A stretch of DNA of 50,777 bases from Octopus bimaculoides (Eukaryota): positions 8,697,680 to 8,748,456 of the forward strand of contig NC_068998.1 of NCBI RefSeq assembly GCF_001194135.2, given 5' to 3'. A program made the translations under genes and the position numbers. Position 1 is the stretch's first letter, and every line of letters starts with the position of its first letter. This document shows, one piece after another, positions 13,564 through 26,423 of this stretch. The notes under the pieces were generated by a model. That model was not told where the DNA came from and made no database searches. It saw only the letters and a program-made list of their open reading frames with translations.

Positions 13564-14916
13564 TAACAAACTCTTGAAGTTTGAAAGAGAGATCTGTGGA
13601 AATGTGGTTATTATTGAAGAATGCTAAATTAAACTAATACCTAAAAAGTCAATTGAAATTCGGTCTCATTTTGAATAAAACATTAGAATGTAGTATGAAA
13701 TGCGAAAATGGCGATCATTTATTGAAATGATTTTGATATTTGNNNNNNNNNNNNNNNNNNNNNNNNNNNNNNNNNNNNNNNNNNNNNNNNNNNNNNNNNN
13801 NNNNNNNNNNNNNNNNNNNNNNNNNNNNNNNNNNNNNNNNNNNNNNNNNNNNNNNNNNNNNNNNNNNNNNNNNNNNNNNNNNNNNNNNNNNNNNNNNNNN
13901 NNNNNNNNNNNNNNNNNNNNNNNNNNNNNNNNNNNNNNNNNNNNNNNNNNNNNNNNNNNNNNNNNNNNNNNNNNNNNNNNNNNNNNNNNNNNNNNNNNNN
14001 NNNNNNNNNNNNNNNNNNNNNNNNNNNNNNNNNNNNNNNNNNNNNNNNNNNNNNNNNNNNNNNNNNNNNNNNNNNNNNNNNNNNNNNNNNNNNNNNTATA
14101 TATATATATATGTGCATGTATGTATGTGTATGTATGTGTAAGCATGTATATGTGTATATATTTATGTATACATATATATATATATATATATATACATACA
14201 TATATATATATGCATATACGTATGTATATATGTGTGTTAGTAGAAGAGTGACAAAAGAACATGCGTTACATAATTTCCCATATATGGCTAAATGATTTTT
14301 TTATATAATAAACGTAAATTTATCTATAAATATGCACAAGCGGATTATCAGTCGTTTAGTAAAAGAAAGAAACTGTCACTCCGTCGCTTACGACGACTAG
14401 GGTTACAGTTGATCCGATCAATGGAACAGCTTCTTCGTGAGATTAACGTGCAAGTGGCTGAGCAAGACATCCCATTTCACATTGCTCCAGTCCTCTCACC
14501 TGTAAATGACTTCCAGTATTAGCTGGGGTGTTAACCCTGCAAAGGACTGGCATGTAGCTAAGAGGTGCACGATATAATCCCAGTCAATAATACACCATGA
14601 TAACCGAGTTAAGACTCGGACTTATGAGTGTTTGGGTTTATGAAATTTAAGGGGAACAATTCTAAAGTCTTATGTTCCAAAGGATAATTTTACAGAAAAG
14701 CATACGAACAACATAAGTATACGAACAACATAAGCCCATCAACGATTTTATTTCATCCTATTCAGTTGCATATAATGACATCTGACTCTTTTGAGAATTT
14801 GGGGTGTTCTGTATTCTGGATGATGTTTCTGATATTTCCAGCTCGTAGATAAGCATTCTGCTAACGAACTTATGAGCAACTGTTTTTATGGCTTCTTCAG
14901 ATACAGAGAGCATTAA

Positions 14917-15000
<84 letters not shown>

Positions 15001-15359
15001 TGCAGTTGCATATTTTACAAGACTGAATTTTTTATAGCCTCGGACAAAAAATATATTACGAAAGCTTGCAATATTATAGACTTCACGAAGGCATCAAAAG
15101 GAAAGAATTGTTAAACTGGACTGTAGATCAAGTCGACTAACCGAGCAGTTAAGCTTCTTTCCTTTCTCTACAAAGCATATTTTGCATCTGTTGAACCCGT
15201 TTGTGTAATAGGTAGCGTTTGAAATAACTACCCGTCGAATTTATATGTTTTATAATACGCTGAATATATAAAAAGGACAGCATTCTGAAATCAATAAATT
15301 TATACACCATGCTCTACAATGAAACAAAAGCCATTTTTACAAAATAATGCATTCTTTTC

Positions 15360-15552
15360 TACTCTAGGCCCAAAATTTTGGGGGAGAGGGCTACTCGATT
15401 AAGTCGACCCCAGTACGCAACTGGTGCTTAATTTATCGGCCCCGAAAAGATAAGTCGACCTCGGTGGAATTTGAACTCAGAACGTAAAGACAGACGAAAT
15501 AGCACGTAGCATTTCGCCCGGCGTGCTAACGTTTCTGCCAACTCACCGCCTT
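15360..15552 (-). mobile_element. SINE family A
   Basis: Reverse complement of the family A consensus. Confidence 0.8.
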
Positions 15553-16193
15553 TACAAAATAAGATATAATAAAATAAAAACACATATTTAGAACATTACT
15601 ATATAACTTAAATTTACAAAAACGTTTTTATATTTACTTTTGTATTCATTTCATTTCCACCTCAATTACTTTCCAAATTCCTTCTTTTCAGATCTGATCT
15701 GAATTTAAATATTTTTATTCGATTTATCGGTTCATTTTTTTGAATCATAATTTTCTCTCTCATGTGTGTAGCGTATTGTAACTACTTTACACAAATAAGA
15801 ACTATTAAATATTACAAAAATAAACGATCTTCAAGTTTTTCTACTTGCAGTACAATTTGTGTACACATAATTTACTTGTGTTCTAACCAATCTACCAAAC
15901 TATTGCTGATATGTATCAGTATGATATTCTTCAGTCTTAATCTCTAAACGACTTTATTTGTTTATTCACTTCTCAATTCTTAAATATTCTTTGACCTTTG
16001 CCAAGTTTAGTCACATTCATCCGTCCTGACAATGACATTCGCACGCTTTGTCTTGTTTAAAGATAATTGTTTTCAATACCACCTTTATTCGTGTATAAGT
16101 TACGCTATTTTATACAATATTTTAACTGAGAAATCTGGGATACGACTTATACACACGGCAAAGCTAAAACTAAGATATTCATTCTAAATAAGA

Positions 16194-16400
16194 GGTTTCT
16201 TTTTAATAAGCACAACGTAAGCCTTGCTGTGAAGCACAGATTTTAAATCTAAGCTTGTTTCTCTCTCTCTGGAGCAGGAAATAAGGATCAATTTTACTCG
16301 TTTTAGTATCTAAAGTTTCATCAGAGATCACTTGTGCATTTCTGGTCAAGGATCGAATAGCGGCTTATAGTTATGTTTAATAAATGCACATTAGGTTAAA
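16194..16400 (-). mobile_element. Penelope-like 3' end / pLTR fragment, copy 1 of a direct-repeat pair
   Basis: Aligns by eye to 17355-17562 and shares the 23-mer tcaaggatcgaatagcggcttat. Minus strand encodes ...AFIKHNYKPLFDP*, resembling a GIY-YIG C-terminus, followed by the hammerhead motif. Confidence 0.55.
16290..16329 (-). ncRNA. Decayed paralogue of the 17.45 kb hammerhead motif
   Basis: Minus strand reads gatct-CTGATGA-aactttagatact-AAAA-CGAGTA-aaatt. CUGAUGA is kept, but GAAA has become AAAA and stem II and the stem III palindrome are disrupted. Confidence 0.55.
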
Positions 16401-17354
16401 CTTATTTTATATTATATTTTAACTGGAAAGAACTGAAGCGTGACTTCAATTCTTTTCAGTTCTACACAGAGCAATATTAAAACTATGAAGGGAAACAGTT
16501 TTGCACTAAGATTTAATGCTAAATTAGGAGTGAAACTTATGCACGAGTATGTAAGGTATATAGGTAGTAGCGTTGAAACTTTCCTCGGAAGCTTGTTAGT
16601 CGATCAAATCGACACGATTAGCAGACTCCTGTTTTATTTTATCGTCCTCTGTGGAATGAAAGACAAAGTTGACATCAGTGAGATTTGATCTCCGAACGTA
16701 AAGTTCCGAAGGAGATACCACAATTAATTTTGTCTGACACTTTAACAAGTCAGGCTAACAGCAAGGGTAATGCAAATAAAGAAAAAAGTCAAACATGTTA
16801 ATCAAATGTTAATGTAATCGATAAGGAAAATTGAGTTCATTCCCTGCCTTATTGAAAACTACATTTTACAAATATTATCCAATAATGAAGATTTATTAAT
16901 TGAAGAGTTTCGTTATATAAATATAAGTGACCAAGACTCTGAACTACAAACTACAACTGTCTTTAGCTCACTGAAATAATAAGGCTAATTTGAATACATT
17001 CGACTTGTTAAACATTGGTTGTTTGTAAACATAAAGTACTGACGACAGACATTTTAAATTCTCGTGAAAACGGAAGCTTTCAGAATCACTTTATTGATAT
17101 CTAATCAAATAAATGTTCAATTTTATGCTACATTTACCCCAATTTCTTACTCAAAACCAGGAAAAAATATCCTATGCAAATGAACCGAAATTGACTTTAT
17201 TTGGATATGCAATGAACTGATCGATGTTTGATAGATTTGATACTAAACGGTTCGGTTTCTGTTTTTAAAAAATGCCATGTTCGTAAATCTATCTAAAATT
17301 GCTTCAAATACGTCTGCGCGTGTATATGTATGTGTTAGACAACATTCCAACTCC

Positions 17355-17562
17355 GTTTTCTTTATATTAAGCACGATTTAATCCTCAGTGAAGCACAGAG
17401 CTTGAATCTAATATTGCTTTTCTTTTTCTCTGACGCAGGAAATAAAGATCAATCTGACTAGTTTCAGCATTTAATAAAGCTTCATCAGAAATCTCGAATG
17501 CTTTTCTGATCAAGGATCGAATAGCGGCTTATGGTTATCTATAATGAATGCATATCCGACTA
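17355..17562 (-). mobile_element. Penelope-like 3' end / pLTR fragment, copy 2 of a direct-repeat pair
   Basis: Minus strand encodes ...YAFIIDNHKPLFDP*, followed by the intact hammerhead and a purine-rich tail. Confidence 0.6.
17451..17493 (-). ncRNA. Minimal type I hammerhead ribozyme motif (Penelope-type), apparently intact
   Basis: Minus strand reads gattt-CTGATGA-AGC tttattaaat GCT-GAAA-CTAGTC-agatt. It has the CUGAUGA and GAAA cores, stem II AGC/GCT, palindromic stem III ACTAGT, a GUC cleavage triplet (C17 at 17456) and a 5-bp stem I with two G-U pairs. It lies 17 nt after a ...KPLFDP* stop. Confidence 0.75.
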
Positions 17563-18474
17563 AATCTGAATTGGTTTATCTAATTAGTGTGATAGTGGAA
17601 GTTTTAACAACGTCAAATACTTATCAAATAGCAATAGATTTACAACAATGAGGTAATTAGAAATTAGAGATAAACTTAGGAATGGACAGAGTTTTAAAGT
17701 ACGCTTACATTTAGTCTTGTTATCAAAGATAAGATATTGTGTTTATTGCATAGGTTCTTATCTCTGTTGCTGGAATGAGAAGTCAATCTCAGTTTCTGAG
17801 TTCTGCTTTTGCTGAAGCTTAAGTAAAGGCCCATCACTCATTCCAAGTCGCAGGGGAAAGAGTAGATGATAGTAGTTAACAGCATACGCGCACGCGGACA
17901 GAGCTAAACGGGCTTGCCTAATTTACATAACCTTGCAATTATTGGAAATGTCTATTAAGGTAAGTATGACAGTACGAGATAACTAGAAAATGAAAGATAA
18001 AGAAATCTTGTGATTTCGTTTAGTATTTAACGTATTTAACACGGCTAAATCGCGTTGTCCTTTGGAGCATAGATAATATGTATTAGCTACACTACGTTGT
18101 GTATTTATTAACAGGACGATATGAGGATGTCGATCATACAGCTAAGCAAAGTGGCCTTAAGATCAAGATCCGTCGACGGGAGATTAATATAACTACAGCC
18201 TGAAATGGATGGACTTTTCACTTAACTTCTTCTAAGATTTTACCCACGAACCAACGATGGAGACTCAACTCAGACTAGTATCCAGATAGCAAGAGTATTT
18301 ATCTCTAATTACACCACAAAATGACGAGAATTGGGAACGCCTGAAACACAGCTCGATCACAGCTCCCCTAGGGTTAAAGAACGAAAGGGCACAAATTTTG
18401 CAAACATGTTTACAAATGTATAGAGCCGTTGCTTCCCTGTGATATATGTATTTTTAAAGTAGACAGATAGATAA

Positions 18475-18557
<83 letters not shown>

Positions 18558-18631
18558 TGGCAAATGAAAGACTGAAGATGGAATATACGAGAATTTATTA
18601 TTAATCACAATTGTTTCGATACATCTAGAGC

Positions 18632-19055
18632 CGGATACAAAGCTTGCTTCCCAAGCACATGGTTTCGGATTCAGTCCCACTGCGTATCACCTTAGGCAAG
18701 TGTCTTCTACTATAGCCTCAGAGGCCGACCAAAGCCTTGTGAGTGGATTTGGTAGACGGAAACTGAAGGAATCCCGTCGTATATATATATATATATATAT
18801 ATATACATGTCTATGTGTATGTGTGTTTGTGTTTGTCTTTATCCCACCCCCATCATCGCTTAGCAATCGGTGTTGGTGTGTTTACTTCCACGTAACTTAG
18901 AGGTTCGGTAAAGAGACCGATAGAATAATTACTAGGCTTTAAAAATAAGTACTGAGGTCGAAATGTTCGATTAAAAAAACAACTTCAAGGTGGTGCTCCA
19001 GCATGGCTGCAGTCAAATGACTGACACAAGTAAAAGAATAAGAGAATAAAAGAAT
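18632..19055 (+). mobile_element. SINE family B (tRNA head, internal (TA)n/(TG)n, gctccagcatggccgcagtcaaatgactgaaacaag tail)
   Basis: Near-complete copy. Fragments also lie at about 505-690, 6490-6630, 25215-25380, 26430-26690, 26950-27250, 42300-42500, 43752-43858 (-) and 47912-48040 (-). Confidence 0.8.
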
Positions 19056-19293
19056 ATATGAACTTCCATATTTTCTATGTTTCACATGCTTGTGTACTGA
19101 AGGTGCCAGACAACAGACCCGGGGTCAAATGGCAACGAGATGAAAGGTAAGGACTTATGCCAAAGAGAAGTTTTTATAAATATCATTTTAAATGTTAAAA
19201 TGTCAAGAGAAACATATCTTAGCCAACTTTATTTTTAAACTTTATCCAATATTTAAGGCAGCAGATTGGCAAAAGGATTAGACCGTTGCTTAA

Positions 19294-19563
19294 CCCATTA
19301 CCTCCCATAATTCTATTAACTGGAATTTTTTTATGAGACTTTGATTTCTAGCGTAAAACAGCCTTAGAAACACGCTGGAATGATCAAAATAACATTTCAA
19401 AATAACATTTTAAATAGAAATAAGCGAGATATTGGGTGAAAAATTAGCAAACTTCATTTGAATATCAGAGAAATATACCTAGTAGATATAGCAAAAAGGT
19501 TAGATAATTACGAAATTTGTAATTTTTAAGTGATTTCATATGAGATCACTGGTAGCTAATGGT
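19294..19563. mobile_element. piggyBac-like MITE (270 bp)
   Basis: Flanked by TTAA at 19290-19293 and 19564-19567. Imperfect TIRs cccattacctccca / tggtagctaatggt. Confidence 0.55.
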
Positions 19564-19575
19564 TTAACAGTCTAC

Positions 19576-19820
19576 ACCAGTGGTTACCAAAGTGGGCGGT
19601 ATTGTCCTCCTGGGGTCGGTGGAAAGGTCCAAGGGTGCGTTTAAGAAAAGTCAGGCTATAATGGGGTAACGATTCATATAAAAACAACAAAATAATGGAT
19701 TCATTCGGTTAAGTTTTATTTATAAAATACAGTTGCTTTGAATTTGCTTCAGAAAGAGGTATCTCTCTGTGGTGCTTAGTTGGAGTTGAGGGTGCTAGGA
19801 ATGTGGCCTGGATGTCAAGA
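19576..19820 (+). mobile_element. hAT (Charlie-like) MITE left end
   Basis: Begins cagtggttaccaaagtgggcggta...ctgggg, a typical CAGTGGTT(C)CCAAA hAT terminus. No right end is seen. Confidence 0.45.
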
Positions 19821-19889
19821 TCAGGCATGTCAGGCCATGCTAGGAGCTAAACACCGAGATGATACTACTTTCAAATGTTGACATAAAGC

Positions 19890-20310
19890 CAGTAATTTCA
19901 GGGAGGGGGGAAGTCGATTACATCAACCCCGGTATTTAACCAGTACTTATTTTATCTACACTGAAAAGATGAAAGGCAAACTCGACCTCGACGGGATTTG
20001 AACTCAGATCGGAAAGACGGACGAAATGTTGCTAAGCATTTTATCCGGCGTGCTAATTGTTCTACTAGCTCGCCGCCTTTAAGAGCAAGAAAATATTATT
20101 ATAAGAGTAATAACCCTTTCTACTATAGGCACAAGACCTGAAATTTAGTGGGGGGGGGGGCAGTACGCAACTGGTACTTAATTTATCGACCCCGAAAGGA
20201 TGAAAGGCGAAGTCGACCTCGGCGGAATTTGAACTCGGAACGTAGCGACGGGCGAAATACTGCTAAGCATTTCGTCCAGCGTGCTAACGATTCTGCCATT
20301 TCACTGCCTT
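19890..20310 (-). mobile_element. Two tandem SINE family A copies (about 19890-20080 and 20116-20310)
   Basis: Reverse complement of the family A consensus, twice. Confidence 0.8.
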
Positions 20311-20937
20311 AATACGAAAGTAATAATAAAAACAAACTTCATTGTTATTCGTCAATTGGTTGACTATTTAACGGACTAACTCATTGATTATTTCATTAAT
20401 CATTCGGTTAATCAATCAATAATTTGTATTTTTTAAAGTCCTTTCGTAGACGTCCACTACCTCTTCAATGACATATCCTCTCTACTCCAGGTCAACTGCA
20501 GCAAATAGTAACCATTTGAATAATATAGAAGTGTCACTGGAGCAACGTGTGTGTTTATTATTGGTATAATGGCCCTCCCGAGATACAACAAAATCTCTTT
20601 CAACACACGAGTTCACATCCAAAAACTTGCAGAACAAATACTAAATGAGAATATAGAAAAAAATAATAATTTTCCTCACAAGAATTCAAAGCTTTTACTA
20701 ATAAATAAGTTTATTAAAATTGATTTTAAAAATCTACGTATACCTGCACAGAATCTGGCCACAGCTCAACGGATGGAGTTTGTGATAATATTATATACTA
20801 TACAGAAAAATTTTAAATTGTATTCCTGTACTATGCGCTATAATAATTTAAAAAGTTATTTTGTTCATATGCATAGTTTTAGCATTGCTGGGAAAGCTGT
20901 GCCAAGTTTAAATACGCGAAAAGATTTAAGGACATTG

Positions 20938-21432
<495 letters not shown>

Positions 21433-21587
21433 TGTATTATATAAGGCATCGTCAAAATACAGAGGAGTGAAATGATGAAAAACAAAAAATAGTAGCCGGG
21501 TCATCAGCTGAAAAGTCCAAATTATGAGGAAAAGAGACGAGAGAGAGAGAGAGGTGACCTGCTGCTTGTGAAGTGTGCCAAATAAAC

Positions 21588-21703
21588 ATGAACCATAATG
21601 TGGCAGCTGGAGAGAAGGCTGGCATTCGTGGCAAGAATTTCTGGTCTTATTCCAAAGGTCAACAGTCTGGCAATAATATTTATGTGCCAAATTCTATTGA
21701 GAG
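21588..21703 (+). CDS. Candidate first coding exon
   Basis: aataaacATG context, MNHNVAAGEKAGIRGKNFWSYSKGQQSGNNIYVPNSIE, donor GAG AG|gtattg. Minus-strand frames are also open, so the strand is uncertain. Confidence 0.25.
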
Positions 21704-22989
21704 GTATTGTTATTTCGCTGCTATTGTGGTTGTTATTGTTGTTGTTTTTTAATACTTTTGTTATGTATTTTTGCTTTAATTTTTTTTTTTTGTTTTTGCC
21801 GCCTTTCTTAATTCCACCTTAGTTGTTATATGACCATCTTAGAAATAATGACATAGTATGAAAGGTCACCAGTTTATTTTGGACTCGTAAACCTCAGCGT
21901 GGTAATTAACAAGAGATAATATAACGTACTGCGGTTCGCTAAGTGCTGCAATTACCGCTGATAAGCTCAGTTTAACCATTTGTCTCTCTTCAGTATCACA
22001 TGCGATGCACATGACATATTTCCCTGGCGCCCATGCATCTTATTCGATACAAATGCCCTAATTTTTGTCAACCACTTGAGTAACTTGGGACTTATGAAAG
22101 AAAAGTGTTAAATACCTAAAACATATGAACCAAGTGATAACTAGAATTCTGAAAACAAGCATTAAATTTTAGGACAAACTCAGGACAAGTGCTTTCGACA
22201 GGTTAAGTCTTAAAGTTGTTTAAATCCAGCTTGGCTCTGATCGAACAAACTTACGATTATTTGTATGTGTAAAAGCAACACCATCTCATGCATAGAACTG
22301 TCATTATTGCATTGGGAGAAAATTAAACGCTAGTCATATACTAGGGTCGATGTGGTCAACTAAGCAACCCCTTCCGTCAAAGTTGCTGGCTTTGTGCCTC
22401 AACTAGAAAACATTATTTAACTGTAATTCTTTTCTCTTATTATTGTATTTATAGGTTAATTTATTGCATTTGTTTGTAAGCTATATTATATTTTTCTGAC
22501 TGAAATATTTCATTTAAATTAACTTATACTATTCCTCTTATATACTACAAATGTTTTTTGTAAATAAAACAGAAAAACATCCCTTATAGAATATAAGTTC
22601 TGGAACATGGTAGCAATGGTAGCTTGGCATATATGTATGTATGTATATACATACATACATACATACACACATATAAAAATACAGATACGTGAATCCTTAA
22701 AGTAGAAGAATGACACCGTGGTTGAAAAAGCTGTATCTTTTGCGCAGCAAGTACAATTCACTCGATGGGATTCTATGTAGTTTCCACAACCCAGTTTCAC
22801 ACACAACATACGGATCAATCCAGTACTATAAAGGATGGCACTTGCCTATGATATCATGCTGAGGAGTTGAACCCGGGATGCAGTGGTGGTGAAGCGAATT
22901 TCTTAACCGTTCGGACATACCCCATCTACAACCAGAATTCCTAATAAGGGTAAAAAAATTAAACTTATTGCATATTCTCTAATGAGCGA

Positions 22990-23175
22990 AGGTGGAGACC
23001 TGGCAGAATCGTTAGCACACTGAACAAAATGCTTTATATTCCGAGTTCGAATTCCGCCGAGGACGATTTTGCCTTTCATCCTTTTGGAGTCGATAAAATA
23101 AATACTAACACAACACTGGTGCTACTGTAATCGATTAAGCCAATCACACCAAATTTCGGACATTGCCCCTATGAT
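22990..23175 (+). mobile_element. SINE family A, diverged
   Basis: ggcagaatcgttagcac...gagttcgaattccgccgagg. Confidence 0.7.
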
Positions 23176-23243
23176 AGAAATAATGTTAGGTGATTAGTCA
23201 TGTATAGGCGAAAATTCAGTATAGATTATTCAATGTTTTATAA

Positions 23244-23294
<51 letters not shown>

Positions 23295-23867
23295 CCGTCA
23301 CGCTTCGTACACAAATATATATGTGTATGTATCAATTTAGGTATATATATATATATATATATTGTTTGTGTGTGTGTGTTTGTATGCATGGTTGTATATA
23401 TATATGTGTGTATGTGTGTGTGTGTGTGTTTTGTAAATATGTACACGTGTATAAATGTATATGCATGTGCGTGAATTATAGATATATAGATAGATAGATA
23501 GATAGATAGATATTATATAAACACATAGCTATGTGTATGTATGTATATCTATAACCCTTAAGAACTTTGAAAACGTACGTTGATGTGACAAGATTCCTCT
23601 TTAACAGTTAGAGAAAATCTTTACTTGTAAGGATGCAATTTTTTTTATTGACACTTTTTTTTTCTTTCTGACACGTAAGAGAGTATTTAACCAGAGCTAA
23701 ATTATAGAAGAACGACTATAAAGGAATCGAAAAAATATATGCAAAAATATTTCTAAAGCTGGCCAAAGGAATTCTTTTTTAGCTAATAGCATTAATATGG
23801 CTTCAAAATATTTCTATGCTCAATAAGTAAGACACTCGATGCTCAAGGGGGAAATCACAAACACAGC

Positions 23868-23906
<39 letters not shown>

Positions 23907-24557
23907 TGTGTGTGTTTGTGTATGTGTGTGTTTATGTGTGTGTGTGAGTGAGTGTGTATACATACGTTTATATGCAGATATGTATACATATGTATATACA
24001 TATATATATATATATGTATATACATATATATATATGTATATACATATATATATGTATGTATACATATATATATATATATACATATATATATGTATGTATA
24101 CATATATATATATATATACATATATATATGTATGTATATATATATACATATATATATGTATGTATATATATATATATACACATATATATNNNNNNNNNNN
24201 NNNNNNNNNNNNNNNNNNNNNNNNNNNNNNNNNNNNNNNNNNNNNATAAATATATATATATATATATATATATACAGGTATATTTCTATGTATATCGTAG
24301 ATATGGTTGTGTATAGTAACACTCATGACAACCGTAGATTTACAAATGCGCACAAGCATGCATGCACATACATATTCATGCGCGCGCACACACACACATA
24401 GACAAACACATTTAGACAAGCACACTTAGACACACAGATGACACACACACACACATAAGACACCTTTCTGTGGATATCTAGAAAGTCATGCTTCTTAATA
24501 AGACACGTGTATGTCCAAATATGTATGTATGCATACTTATATACCATTATACGCTTG

Positions 24558-24607
<50 letters not shown>

Positions 24608-24753
24608 TATGTGGGTTTGTGTATATATGTTATATATACACAATATGTGGCAAACATTCCATCTTTTCTATATGTGTAGTTGTCGTCCAGTCGCCCATTC
24701 TTCTCGTTTGTTTAATGCGCATAGACATGAATCACAGCACCGACTATCTCTTG

Positions 24754-25212
24754 GGTCTACGTGTGGTGGGTGTAGATTTTAAACCTTTAGTTAAAATATG
24801 GATTTTTGTTGTGGAGAGAGTTTTCTTAGATAATTTAATTATTTGGGGTTTCTTTCATAAGTTATATTCCAATGTGTGTCTGTCTCTCTACTCTGTCTAA
24901 AAAATGTCGTAATTAGGTTGGAAAGGGGTTCTCAGTGTTAGAGTTGTTATTGTGGGAGTATTGTTGTGTAGGTGAATCGGTTGAGATTACCGAACTGCAA
25001 TGAAATTAAAGATAATATTGGGGAATTGTGTAGGAAACTTCGATTGACAGAAGCGCTAACCAACTACAGCAACTATGACGAATCACTAGTGAAAAACAAA
25101 AGTAATTATCTACCACCCAAAGGAAGGAATAAAACACTAGACGAGTTCTGAAACCGAATCTAGAATTTTCCCCACACTGTCTATAAACCAAAAGTTGTAC
25201 CTAACTTCAACA
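24754..25212. mobile_element. Penelope-like RT N-terminal fragment with an internal inversion
   Basis: Minus strand 24754-24988 encodes IIKLSKKTLSTTKIHILTKGLKSTPTTRRP, matching the PLE NLS...KGLxFxPTP motif. Plus strand 24989-25212 encodes the natural continuation PNCNEIKDNIGELCRKLRLTEAL...SLVKNKSNYLPPKGRNKTLDEF. Confidence 0.75.
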
Positions 25213-26383
25213 AGCGTTTATGTTCCCCGTTACATAGCGGTCCGGCAAAAAAGGCCGATAGAATAAGCACTAGGCTTACAAAGAATAAGTCCTGGTGTCG
25301 ATTTTTTCGATAAAAGGCAGTGCTCCAACATAGCCGCAGTGAAATGACTGAAACAAGTAAAAGAATAAAAGAATAAAAGAATATATATATTGTGTCCAGT
25401 GGGACCAGTACCTACTGAAGCTGGTCAGCATATGAAGTGTACTCAAATTGAATTCATCAATTTAGTCTATCATTACTCCCAACAACTAAAATAATTATCG
25501 TTTTTACTCGGCTTCATTAACTCTTTATAGTGCAGCAAAAGTACTGACTACTATCTCAAACCAAACCGCCTTATCTATAGAGAAGTGGCCATCCCCATAA
25601 ACGGCAAAACAGAAAATCATTTTATTGTCAAAGGCACCTCCTGGCCAAACTTCGAACTCACTGACAAGAAAATTATTAACAATATTTGTCACTAGACTTT
25701 TGATAAATCATTTCTTTTCACAATATTCATAGCTGTATACATATGAAGGTACAATGTGTGAATGTATATACATTTGTGTGTGTGTGTGTGCAAATATATA
25801 TGAATATAATGTGGAAGCACATATATCAATAATACATAGAAACCAAAAACACACACACACGCATACACATGCACACATACACACATACACCTAAACAAAC
25901 ATATACATGTTAATATATTATCCTAATCTTGCTAAATATATTTTCAAAATTGGAGAAAATCTATATAACACGAAAAAAAATACGAAGGAAAATATAACGA
26001 ATCAAAATGAATGCCTAAGTTAGTCTATAATTTATATATTATATTTTATAGGAAATCGTTGTAATATATTTTCTTTCAGTTCCACCATTTCGATATTATG
26101 GCAAAATATAATAACATATTTTATTTGCTACCCAGATTATTTACTTTTTGTCCTAAACATCGCACGTATTTTTGTCCTTTATATATTATATATTTGTATG
26201 TTTGTAGGTATATGTACCTACACATGTATGAGTGTGTATATATATGTATGTATGTATATATATATATACATGTATACACACACACCTAGTACCATTACTG
26301 TATATTTCGAATCCTTCTGTTTGCATCTTTGCTTCTTAGCATTTTTCTACGTCGATCACAGATTTTGCTTCAATATCCTTCAT

Positions 26384-26423
<40 letters not shown>

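Noticed and set aside
17387-17488. Possible C/D-box snoRNA (TGATGA...CTGA, minus strand)
   Set aside because: The D box is absent in the paralogous copy and there is no terminal stem. The TGATGA is better explained as a hammerhead core.
21500-21512. Other CTGATGA/CTGAAGA hits (21503, 30795, 46475, 10245, 18577)
   Set aside because: No stem II followed by GAAA plus palindrome and NUH triplet.
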